Assembly: GCF_036321535.1 (NCBI RefSeq)
Contig: NC_087437.1
Span: 81,036,001 to 81,100,000 of the forward strand
DNA from: Camelus dromedarius
Lineage: Eukaryota
DNA length: 64,000 nucleotides
Direction of reading: 5' to 3'
Shown: positions 53,639 through 64,000 of the stretch, in pieces
How the letters are laid out: each line of letters begins with the position of its first letter
Position numbering within the stretch: the first letter of the stretch is position 1
Program-made: the position numbers and the translations under genes
Notes under the pieces: generated by a model
Databases searched by the model: none
What the model was told of the DNA's origin: nothing
The model's input: the letters and a program-made list of their open reading frames with translations, nothing else

Positions 53639-56419
53639 AGGGTGTATTTTTCTGATTGGATATTTAGAATGTGTCCTTCCCTTTGGAATACTGTCTTATA
53701 ATTTATTTCAGTGGTAGCTATGGCGAAAAGGACCCACAAATGCCTATCCTAAGAAGGAGATGTGCCCTTAAATTGCCTTCAAAGGGGTCCTTCTTTTTCA
53801 TTTCTTTATTTCATTTATTTTCTCATTAGAGACATTATTCCACAATGTAATTCTCAACATCAATTTTGCAGTATCTTTTAAGCATTTAATTAATTCTGCT
53901 TGCAGCCTGGTTGTCACACTTCAAAACAGTGCAATAAAGTTGGGAAGTATCCAGAGACGTGTCCCTGCCATTAAACAACAAGTGAAAACAGAGTTTAGGA
54001 GGCCATGATCACGGCTGTTTCATCCCAGCCATTAGTACACAGTGGGTCTCCCGTGTACCACATGCAATAATGTGTAAAGTCAGGCTGCTGGCAAAAGCCT
54101 CCGTCTACGATGTGTTCCCAGGACCACCATCCCACGTGCCCTACCTACCGCTGCCTCCTTACATTCCTCATGCTCCTGAACTCCCTAATGCTGTACTCTA
54201 CTTTCGGAACCCGCCTCTGGCACATCCTCCTTCTCTGGTTTAGTAACTTATATTCCCCATTCAGCACTTGACTCCTTCAATTTTTACATCATTTGAACCC
54301 TAAACAAGAGATATTCCCTTTATCTGCACAAGCCCAGCTCTGCACTCAGCACTTCCCCAAAGAAAGCAGAATTTAGACAGAACAAGGAATGCAGACTTGA
54401 CAGCTCAGAGATGTGCAACTTAGGTCTTAAAGAAGCCTGTTTTTCCAGCTTAATAGAAAGAAAAAACTCTTTACAGTCTTTTATAAATACAAGTTGCTAA
54501 TTCTTTCAAAGTTATGAAGCCAAAAATCTAGAGTCAAGATGCTTTTCAACCGACTGAAGAATGACCCACAGACATCACTTAGGCATTTAAAGGGTGGTAC
54601 CTCCCTTGCTATAAAAAGCATTGTGGAAAAGAACTTCATGCTCCGGTCAAAAGTACCCCCACTGGAGCAAGATCCTCCTCCAGTTGGACCGTAAGTCTCA
54701 TTCTGTACGGCAATTACGAAAACAATGTTTGGGCTGAAAACATGGAACACTCGGTTTCCCATTTCAAATATGAGTCATAATAAAAATGATTTTTATTAGC
54801 ATCCCCTAGAAAACCACAACAGATCTTTGCATTTTATTTGTCGTAGATACGTAAGCCGTTAAAAAATCTCCTAGCATAGAACACTGTGTATGAGAGTCTC
54901 AAAAGTGTAAACAAATGGGTAAAATGATTGCCCAGAGTTTACGTGCAGAATTTGAAAGATTTACGAGTTTTGGTGGACGTCTCATTTGAAATAATGGAAT
55001 TAATGTTGAATAGTTACAAAGCCAAAAACAACCAAAAACTATGACACTTATTTAGAGTAGTGTTCTGGTCATCCTCCTGCCTTTTACCCACTTTCTCAAA
55101 GAGAAAATACAACTAAAGAAATGATGCTATACAACTGTTGTACCAGAGTTCCATCAGGGTCTTCTACCGTGGAGAAAAGGAAAGCAGACAGAGCGTCCCC
55201 AGGTTCCCACTTTGCCTATCTTGACATGTGTTTTTGACACAACTCCTGTGTATGGAGTTTGTTTATTACCTCACCTTGTTCCAGAAAAAAGTGAAAGCAA
55301 CTCACAAAACCACATAAAAACTTGCAAAATAAGCAAGCAAAAAAGGTGGGGATAAAAAAAAAAAAGCCAAGAGTGATGCCAAAACATGCACATTGCAAAG
55401 ACCTGTATGCACTTAGTATGGGTGGGGAACACATTTGGTTCTGGTCTTCCAGCAGTCAGCACAGAAAGAGAACAGTGTCACAAAATAAAGGCAGTTGCCC
55501 AAAAAAGCGTTATATATATATATATATATTTTTTTTTTTTTGACATGGAGAGCAGAAGTTTTTTCCCCAGAGTTTTTCTAAAGAGGGTACTATATGATTT
55601 AACAAGCAAGGACAGCAGCACTCTTAAGCACAATAGAGTGTCGTGGCAGCTTACCGTAGACTTGAATGTAGGTGGTGGCACTATACCAAAGATTACCTAG
55701 TACAATGTTATGAAGTGGCTCAACCCTGAAGTCCAGCACTGTGAAGGGTTGAGATTTTACCATATGTACAAGCTAACATGCACAGCTCCCAGATGCTGGC
55801 AGGAGAACCAAGGATGCTGAGTCAAAAGACAAAGGACAGTGAGCGTATTGACTCCCAGCAATAGTCGTAGCCTGAATATCAGCATTTGTGCTCATTCTAG
55901 GAGCCCCAGCTCCCGCAAGCCCACACAAGGAGGTACAGGTGATACCTACACATGCCACAGGTTGTATTATAAGAAAGAAGCCCTGAGCTTAAGGAACCTG
56001 AATCTTTGATAATAGGCAGTAAGCACGTGTTCCCTTTATCATATGGGTCAGTAAACAAAATCCCATCTTCCAAGGCTGTTTGCTCTGCAAACATCATTGC
56101 AAAGATAGTCTGGAGCACAGAGAATCATGCTCGTAGGACATCCAGAAATGGGAGGTACTCCCCCACCAACAACTGTACATTCCAAGTCACAGTCTAGCTT
56201 TCTCTGGCTTGATACCTTTAGACCATGAGGAGGAATCGATGGATTCTGCTTCATGTGTCCCTTATTCATCTTGACATACTGCCTTCTTAGTCTTGTTACT
56301 GGGTCTGGTGATCGACAAAACTGTCATGGTCCCCTGCCTTCACAGAACGGAGAGAACGCAAATGTAGTTTCTGTGTTTCTCCAGAAGCTTTTCCTAAGTG
56401 TTCTTCCTAAGGATATTTT

Positions 56420-56695
56420 GGTAATAAACTTTATTTTTCAGAGCAGTTTTTAAGTTCACAGCAAAACTGAGCAGCAGGCATTTAGATTTCCTGTATACTT
56501 ACCCCCTGCTCCCACACATGCAGAGATATGCCATGTATCCCCGGCCCACCCGTTGCCAGCACCCCCTGCCAGCGTTTGTTACTGTTTGTCGTGACCGATG
56601 AGCCTATAATGACGCATTGTGACCCTCCAGAGTTCATGTTTTACATTAGGGTTCACTCTTGGTGGTATACAGTCTTATGGGCTTTGTATAAATGT
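56420..56695 (-). mobile_element. L1MC1/2-like 3' end
   Basis: actttatttttcagagcagtttttaagttcacagcaaaactgagcag...gatgagcctataatgacgcatt...ttacattagggttcactcttggtg. Confidence 0.85.
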
Positions 56696-58054
56696 GCAAA
56701 ACAAGGTTTCCCACAGGTACTGGTGACAGTGTGATATTCTACAACCTCACAAGTAACGGAGCTTCACATTTTTGTGTTTCCAGAAAAATACAGACACAAG
56801 TGCCTGCAGAGGCATCTGAACCAGGACCCAGGGTCCACGTTCTCTAGGGAAACCTGAGGGTGGCGTGCAAACTCCTGCAGTGTCACCACCTCCAAGGTCC
56901 CATGGTTGGAAGGTAATGCTTCCTTAAATACGGCTTAAGTCCTCCAGTGGTTACGTGACCACAGCCCTGATGTCTTCTTCCAAGAGCAGGGCCCTCACAC
57001 GCCTTCAGGAGGGTGTGTCTGCTTCCTGTTGGGGAGGGGCTCCAGCGCGACAGAAAACTTTTAGTTTGTTGAGAAGGTGAAATGGCTCCTCTGATGTGAC
57101 TTGTTTCTTCAGGACGTGCCTCCTCCCAGATCTGAGGAGAGCTCTGCACTTTCGCTGTCTTCACTAAATGTTCACTGTCCTACTACCTAAGTAATGCAAT
57201 CACCTTTTTCTGACAAAATCCTCCTCAGAGACCGCCCTGGATTTAATTAGCTCCCAATCAGTTCCAATCTAGAAATAGCAATGGCTAATGTAGGCATGAG
57301 GTGGCCCACAGGCCAGGCAGAGGCTGATTCCTGAATCCCCCTACCTAACCCTTGGAACAGCCCCTCACAGGGTTTTGAAGAACTAGCCTTTTTTTTCCCC
57401 CCAATATTTCTGTTCTTTTTTTACCCCCTCAAGAAAAAAAAAACAAACTACAAAACAACCTGTCATTTCCTGAGAGCGCAGTGACCTCACTGGCTTAATT
57501 GATGGCAGTAGGTGTAGAAGCAGAATCCGCAGTGCCAGCTGGACAGAGGTCCAAACGCGGGTTGGAGAGAGCTGCCTATTCAAGTGAAAAATTAGAGACG
57601 AAAAGGACCTGTTAAACAACCCAATCCCCCCGGAGCCGGTGCCAGGGTGTTCCTGCGTGAGCGCTCAGTGTGGGCCCGCTCCAAGTGACTTTCACAGTGT
57701 GCCTTCTCACGCTTTATTTGGAAGACGGGGCTGTCTCTTCAATTTTACTTTTTTTCTTTTTACTAAGTTTTTTGACTAGAATTTCATTTGACCACCGTCA
57801 TTCCAATTCCCTTTTACTGTTTTGGTTCAGCTACAGCACCCTCATGAAATAAACTATTTTTAAGGAGTTGATATAAATGTACCAACGATGTTGAAAGTAC
57901 TTGATTAACTCGGTCATTCCAGCAATGCCCGTGTTGGGGGAGTGTGATGCGGAGGGAGAGGACACAGACGGGCTCTGGAGGGGGGTGTACTGGGGTAGAA
58001 CCATAGTTCTGCTTAATTGGGGCAGGTTAGGATTGTCATTATTTTTTGTTGTTT

Positions 58055-58690
58055 TCAGTGATTGTCATTTATTAGATGCGTCCTGTGTGTCAGGTGCTGT
58101 GATAAGTACTGTCCCAAAATCCTGCTAGCAAATTTATGAAATTGGTACCATCATCTTATTTTTGAATTTAGAGTTTACTAATGAAGACTGGAAGCTCTGC
58201 GTTCAACTGTCTGATTGAAATTAAAATGCTCTGTTGCTTACTAGCCCTGTGACCTTGAACTTTTCACTGAACTTCTCCACACCCAGTTCCTCTGTCTGTA
58301 AATGGGGGTGATGACAATGCCTGTCTCCTAGGTTATTTTGAAGAATAAATATGAATATATGCGAATTGATCAGATCAGTGCCTGGCATGGAGCAAACACT
58401 TAAATGTAACCCATGTTAATGAGATCTAGATGGAGAAATTTGTTCAAAGGCACATAGCATCCAAATTAACACCCAGTCACCTCTATTCCAAGCCCATCCA
58501 AATTATTACCCATGAGAACACACTAGCTTGATCAGGGCACCTAACCTCTCTGAGGCTTAGTTTTTCTCACTGGTGAAGTGGGGATAACAATGTAAGTCCT
58601 CCTGTGTAGTTGCTGTGAGGACTAAACTGCAGTAATGTAGATAAAGACACTCTTACAGAACCTGTCCCAGAGCTGGGGATGGACGAGTGA
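58055..58690. mobile_element. Cluster of MIR fragments in both orientations
   Basis: cttactagccctgtgaccttgaac...ctgtctgtaaatggggg; ctaacctctctgaggcttagtttttctcactggtgaagtggggataa; atttattagatgcgtcctgtgtgtcaggtgctg. Confidence 0.75.
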
Positions 58691-59099
58691 CAGAGGTTTC
58701 TCTCTACCTCCACATCCGTATCTGCAGACTATCTGTATGTATGTATCTGTGCGTATCTATGTGTGCACATATGTATTATATATAATGAATAGTTTGGAGC
58801 CAATGACTTACTCTTAAAAGTTTCTCATGGTATTGGAACTTCAGAACAGTTCAAAGTGAATTTTTATGCATTTACTCCCATTTGAAAGAAGAATTGGATT
58901 GGTTTACTAGATAATTAAAAACAGTGTCCTTCCTAATAAGGTTTCATTTTATATTTTTAACATTCCAATGGTTTTAAGTCTGTCTTTTCTGGAGTTGTAA
59001 AAACAGTCCATCAAATGTTTCAAAATTGCCTAAATCCTTTTACTTTCACAAATAGAAATTGGCCGTAATTTAATTTATATATCACAGAGGGAAGAGAAG

Positions 59100-59352
59100 A
59101 GACAGACAGTTAGAACCTAGCAGGAAATGTGATGATATGTTTTTGCTGTTGTGCTTTTTTTTTTCTTTTTCTTTTTGGTGTGTGTGGGAAAGGGTGTGAT
59201 GTCATTTTGTCTCCACCCCCTGTGAGTAAGCCCACAGCACAGCTAAGTGCAGCCGCCCGCCTCTGTCACTGGGAGACCGTCCACTTAAATGCAGCTCCAG
59301 GGTTGCAGGACACCCACCAGCATCACTCCCCGTGTGAGGTGGCAAATGCAAC
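59100..59352 (+). promoter_or_regulatory. ABI3BP: ABI3BP core/proximal promoter and 5'UTR (non-CpG-island type)
   Basis: Directly upstream of the ATG. ETS-like CAGGAAATG 59121, CRE-like TGATGTCA 59197, CACCC 59214, AP-1-like TGAGTAA 59223, GC box CCGCCC 59253, TATA-like TTAAAT 59285, Inr-like TCACTCC 59323. Confidence 0.7.
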
Positions 59353-59431
59353 ATGCTGTCCAGCCTGGGGTGTCTACTCCTCTGTGGAAGTATTGCACTA
59401 GCCCTGGGAAATGCACAGAAATTGCCAAAAG
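59353..59431 (+). CDS. ABI3BP: ABI3BP (TARSH/NESH-BP, secreted ECM FN3 protein) first coding exon, signal peptide; rest of gene lies beyond the window
   Basis: ATG at 59353 (A at -3) translates to MLSSLGCLLLCGSIALALGNAQKLPK plus the first base of G. This matches the recalled human N-terminus MLSSLGCLLLCGSITLALGNAQKLPKG, and the upstream nucleotides also encode GGKCN as in human. 79 nt, phase 1, ending at AAG|GCAAGT. Confidence 0.93.
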
Positions 59432-61532
59432 GCAAGTAGCTCTGATGTTTTGTGTTTTAAAACTAATCTTTAAGAGAGACTAGTTTTTAAATGTTGATGT
59501 TACATGTGATCTGCTTTACCAGGTTGGGGGAACAGAATTATTCTCGGAGGATCAAAGTTCAAAGGTGTGGAGAGATAGCTTAAACTTTTCCTTTCTTCCC
59601 CCACCTCTGCTATTTACTTTTCAAGTGGGTCTCTTTGTTGCGAAAATGAAAACCAACTTAACTGGGCTTAGCAGTTGTGCACGATAGATTGAATGGTATT
59701 GTTTCAAATGTTTGTAAATTGAATCATACTGTATAGATGGGTGTTGTAGTCTGTTGAAAAGAGTTGTTTGGTGCTTTTATCCCCCTCCTCAGAGACTAAA
59801 CCAGTGGTAGCTTAAGGCTTAAAAGAAGCTAATTTGAAACCTTGAATCTATTGTGTAAACCTCACACATACCTGTTAACTTGGAGGCTGAAGGGTTCTAG
59901 GCAGGGTGCACCGAAGTATGGTCATGTGCTGATTTGTAGGCACTTCTCTCCCGCAGAGTTTGGAAGAGGGATTAATTTGATGGACACGACACTCCCCCTT
60001 TTCCTGGCTAAATTGCTCTCATTTTAGTGTTGGTATTTTGTTTATAAATGTCATCAGAAGAAAATCAAAATTTCTTAATTTAGGCCCTAAGAACAATCTC
60101 TTGAGCCCATCAGCACCCAAAGGAGAGCTTGCCTCTCTCGGATCTTTGAATAGAATGTTGCATGTATTTTTTTGTTCTTTTGCTAAGACACTTTTCTAAG
60201 CCAACTTCAGGTCTGTGAAGGCTTTTTATGGTTGCAGGCTGCTGTAGTCAGCAGGATTATGAAAAACAGACTGGAATTTACCGTACAGTTTTGATGGGAA
60301 ATATCAGAGGCATTTCAGAGCCGCAGGCTTGTCAAAAACCTGGTGTGCATAGGGTCAGAAAGAAAGATTGTTCGTGTCACGATATCCAAAAGATCCTGCT
60401 AGGTGCTCCCACTGCATAGTTTGCTCCAAGATCATCTTGTCCCGAGTGAAAACTGTTCTCTCCTCCGTGTGTTAAGTGAAACTTGAATCCAGAGTGTGAA
60501 GGCTGAAGGGTTTGGCTAGCTGATATTTCACATGATGATATAAAAAGCAATTAAAAAAAAAGGCCGAGTAAACCTCCTCTACTCTAATAAGATAATTATG
60601 CAAAAAAATGCACACTATTAGATCTTTCGCTTCTATCAAGAATTTTGTTTCTTGATCATAGTAAAAGTGTTCAAGTAACTCAATAACGAGCCACAGCTAT
60701 TGAGAATTAATTCTTCCCACCGCTGCAATATTTAACAAGGACCCACCATCTGAGAGAAGTCTGGAGGTTCTCTCAGACTTAGTATCTACAGATGGTTTTA
60801 TTTTGCCTCATATTTACTGTGTACAGATGATAGTCTTAATTTTGTTACTGCAGACTTCTGCAAATTCCAAATGCTTTGATTATCGTGTTGCAATCATTAG
60901 ATACAAATCTCTTGACACAAGTTCCCTTTATTTGTTCTGGTGAAAAAAAAAATGAAGTTGTCAAAAAGAGCCCTCAAACTTTTGTCTTGTTCATTGCACT
61001 TTAATCTGAAGTATTTCCATCCAGATTTCTTTTGCAATTAAAAAAAAAATCCATAGGTTTAATAATTTGGAAAAAAAAACCCCCAACCCTGTCACATTAA
61101 AATAATTATGCCATAAAATAAGTGTCAAATCTCCTTGTCTCTAAGGCTATCTTTTCTTTTATGGAAGATACTGAGGAACTTTCTTTTAGAGGAAGTCACT
61201 TTCTTAAACTGCATTCCAGGAATAGGTATGTGTCCTCAGTAAAGGTTTGGGCTAGGCGTCTGTCTCTCTTCCCGTCAGTTACTCTGGGAGCATTCATGTA
61301 TTTTTCTGTTTCGGGGAAGTCACAACAGGCTTTAGGACTTGACAGGCTCTGAAAATTTCTCTGTAGAGGAACTTACCCCACTTTTTAAACACATTGTTTC
61401 TCAAACTCATTTGACTAAGAATCCTTTTTCTAGTGGAATAGCTATCATATCTTGCCAGGGGCTTATCTTTCACAGAGCACATTTGGGGAAATACTGAACT
61501 AAATTAGAGAAAAAGAGATGAAAGGTTTTTCT

Positions 61533-61674
61533 GAGGGTGGGTATAAATGAGTGGTGGAGTGCGTGCTTAGCATGCACGAGGTCCTGGGTTCAATCCCCAG
61601 TACTTCCATAAAAAGTAAATAAATAAACCTAATTACCTCCCCACTGCAAAATCTAATAAATTAAAAAAAAAAAA
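61533..61674 (+). mobile_element. tRNA-derived camelid SINE (Vic-1 type) in ABI3BP intron 1
   Basis: gagggtgggtataaatgagtggtggagtgcgtgcttagcatgcacgaggtcctgggttcaatccccagtac...aaataaacctaattacctcccc plus A-tail; degenerate TSD aaaggtttttct/aaagatttgct. Confidence 0.9.
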
Positions 61675-62255
61675 GATTTGCTTTTCTTTTTCCTTCCTAC
61701 TTTAGAGTTAGTTAAATATCATTTGTCATTTAAGACGAGGATAGAATTTTGGAGCCAGAAAGGACAAATGGTCACCTCGTCTAGTGGTTCCAAGAACTTT
61801 GGATTTATGGACTCATAAAAATACACATATATTTTTAATATTAGGTTGCCATTATAGAGGATATACGTGAATTATGCCATGTGCGAATGTTCGAAGGAGG
61901 GGAAATTCCACGTTGCTCATAAAAGCTAGCCAATGCAACAGATTTATAAAACAAATCAATTTATACAAATAAGTCCATTGTTTTTATTTTTCTAATTTCA
62001 CGACAGATTAATGAAAACCCCGTAATAAGCCAATATTTGGGAAACCACCGACCAACGTAATCATTTATTTTACAAATGAAGACAACCTAAGGCAGAGAGA
62101 TTTAGTTAACTTCCCCACATTGATGACAGAGCCAGGGATGTGGATCCCAGGTTCCTGACTTGAAATCTGTGTTCTGCCCTGTTTTGAACTAAATCTTAGG
62201 AGTTATGTTCTGGAGTAAACATGTGAATGCTACCCTTCCCTTGAATAAAATGGTT

Positions 62256-62305
62256 TCTTGTAAAGATCATAAACATTATCTTGTAAAGATCATAAACATT
62301 ATCTT
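62256..62305. repeat. Perfect 23-bp tandem duplication
   Basis: tcttgtaaagatcataaacatta x2 plus tctt. Confidence 0.97.
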
Positions 62306-62559
62306 AATCTTCACATTTTCCACAGAACGTATTTACTCTGTGTGTGTGTATGTGTGTGTAGTTGATCAATATAGCTAGCTATTTATAGGAAAAGGAAATT
62401 TTTTCTTAAATAAGAAATCTCTTGTTACATGTCTCACACCTATTTGCATACATAACCACATACTTTGGTACAGAAAACAAGATCCTGGAAGAGTCTTTCT
62501 TACTTTTTAAAAGTTTAGTATAAAGTTTTAACAATTGTTAATGAACTTCTCCTCCCTAC

Positions 62560-62730
62560 CCCTTCATGACTATGTTCTTTGGGAAATCAATTACCTTTGC
62601 TAAGCCTCAGTTTTCTCATCTGTAAAATGGAAATCATGATAACTCTCTCATTGCATATGAGGATTAAATGAGATAAAAGGTGCAAAGCTTTTAGTAAAGG
62701 CTCTGACATATAACAAGTATTCAGAAAATC
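62560..62730 (+). mobile_element. MIR SINE
   Basis: ctaagcctcagttttctcatctgtaaaatggaaat...tgaggattaaatgagataa. Confidence 0.85.
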
Positions 62731-64000
62731 TTTAGCGAGTCACAGAAAGGTGAGTCAATACTGAAAAAATGTGCACACCGAATAATATGTGATCTTGTGT
62801 CCAAACCATCCTGCGAACCTCTCGGAGGCTGACAAATGAAGTGGCACATTCTTGGCGAAAGGTGGGGCCCGGGAGTTAAGCATTGCTCTACAGGACAATG
62901 AGAGAAGCCCTCTACTGTCTTCCAGCCTGACCTCTCTCAACCCAGCGTTTGATTGTCAAGTTCAAAGGCTGTTTTCTTCTACGGAAAGCTGCACCTTTGT
63001 CTGAAGATCAGCTTTTCGGCGGGGACTAGTAAAGCCTCCTAGACCCTCCAGGAGAGAGCTGCTCGAACCTGTGTTTTGGGAGGAGAATTAGACCATAACA
63101 CACAGGCCTTGGAGAAGAATCACCGTGTTGTTTTACACCCTCAAAAGCCCCTGTGCTCCAGCTACCTCTCAGATTCTTTATTCTTGGCACCATGGAACTG
63201 TTTTTTGTTTTTTTTTTTTTTCTTTCCTGGCATCCAGGCTGAAATAAAAACCACAGAGAACAATGTGTGGTGAAAGGAACCACAAAAGCTTCTGATGGGA
63301 CATGAGGGGCCTGACACACCTCTTTGCAGAAACTCTGGTGTCCTGAAGGTTGCAGTCAGCCAGAAGGCAGAGGCTACTATTTCTAAGCAGCTCTGTCAGT
63401 CCTCCTGAGGTAGGGGTCAGGGAAACCACAGAGGAACATTCCAGATACAAGTGTGATCTGATGGCCCCGAGGGCATGAGGCTCTTGGCTGCGATTCTTGG
63501 CCGGTGCAGAGGGAAGAGGCAGCTGGCTTTTGGCCTCAGGTCTCACCTGGCAGCGTAGAGATCTCTGATTCCAAGGATGAAACAACCCAGGCAGATGATA
63601 ATAGTAACAAGAACGCTCGTAGCTATTAATAACTCTTACCATTATAATTATAGAGGACATTCTCTGAGCTCGTATTGTTTGTGGTAATTTAGGGCTAAAT
63701 ATTTTGAATGTGGAAAACAAATTAAATTATTGAAGTTCCCCTATAAAGCTGGTGTTTTATAACTCTCTGTTTCCAGAGTATAAAATTGTGCTTCCGAGTA
63801 TTTAAGTGGTTTGCTCAAATTCACACAGCAAGCAAGTGGCAAAAATCTATACCACTAATTTCTGTGTAATTTCAGTTCCATGCTCTACGTAAAGATATGT
63901 CAATTTGTTCAAGTAACAAACTATATTCCAGGGATATGCAGAGCACTGAGGCTGGGAAGACACGGCTTGATACGTGTCTTCAGGGAGCTCTCTCTGGTTG

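Larger units (their letters stand above)
59432..64000 (+). other. ABI3BP: ABI3BP intron 1 (5' part), GC-type donor
   Basis: Begins GCAAGT. I found no sequence encoding the expected exon 2 peptide (KRPNLKVHINTTSDS...) downstream in the window. Confidence 0.85.

Noticed and set aside
55719..55753. 9-bp inverted repeat ctcaaccct/agggttgag as a miRNA or terminator
   Set aside because: Too short for a pre-miRNA, and plausible by chance in 64 kb.
61533..61605. tRNA gene
   Set aside because: The tRNA-like head is followed by a SINE body, A-tail and TSD, and the A box is degenerate; same for 49280-49352.
63178..63720. 180-aa minus-strand ORF in intron 1
   Set aside because: Crosses an A-run and MIR-like sequence, has no recognisable domain, and starts at a non-ATG codon.

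Overview
Repeat-rich mammalian genomic DNA, most likely from a camelid: there are two tRNA-derived Vic-1-type SINEs and many copies of one lineage-specific L1 3' end. About 59 kb is apparently intergenic sequence upstream of ABI3BP (TARSH/NESH-BP). Its promoter and first coding exon (MLSSLGCLLLCGSIALALGNAQKLPK/G, 59353-59431, + strand) lie near the right end, followed by the start of intron 1, which opens with a non-canonical GC donor. No other protein-coding gene is supported. The recognisable ORF-track entries are L1/Charlie fragments or microsatellite translations, and the rest look like chance ORFs. The most informative structure is retrotransposon mechanics: (i) an L1 with an intact 5'UTR and an internal deletion fusing the ORF1 start in frame to mid-ORF2; (ii) an ancient ~0.75 kb 3' transduction nested in another L1; (iii) two twin-primed 5' inversions, one also carrying a short transduction; (iv) a tail-less, TSD-less L1 with a target-site deletion. 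Candidate regulatory regions with retained CpGs occur at ~40.7-41.1 kb and ~54-58 kb. Repeat subfamily names and the ABI3BP assignment come from recalled consensus/protein sequences, not from a database search, and boundaries of old repeats are approximate.
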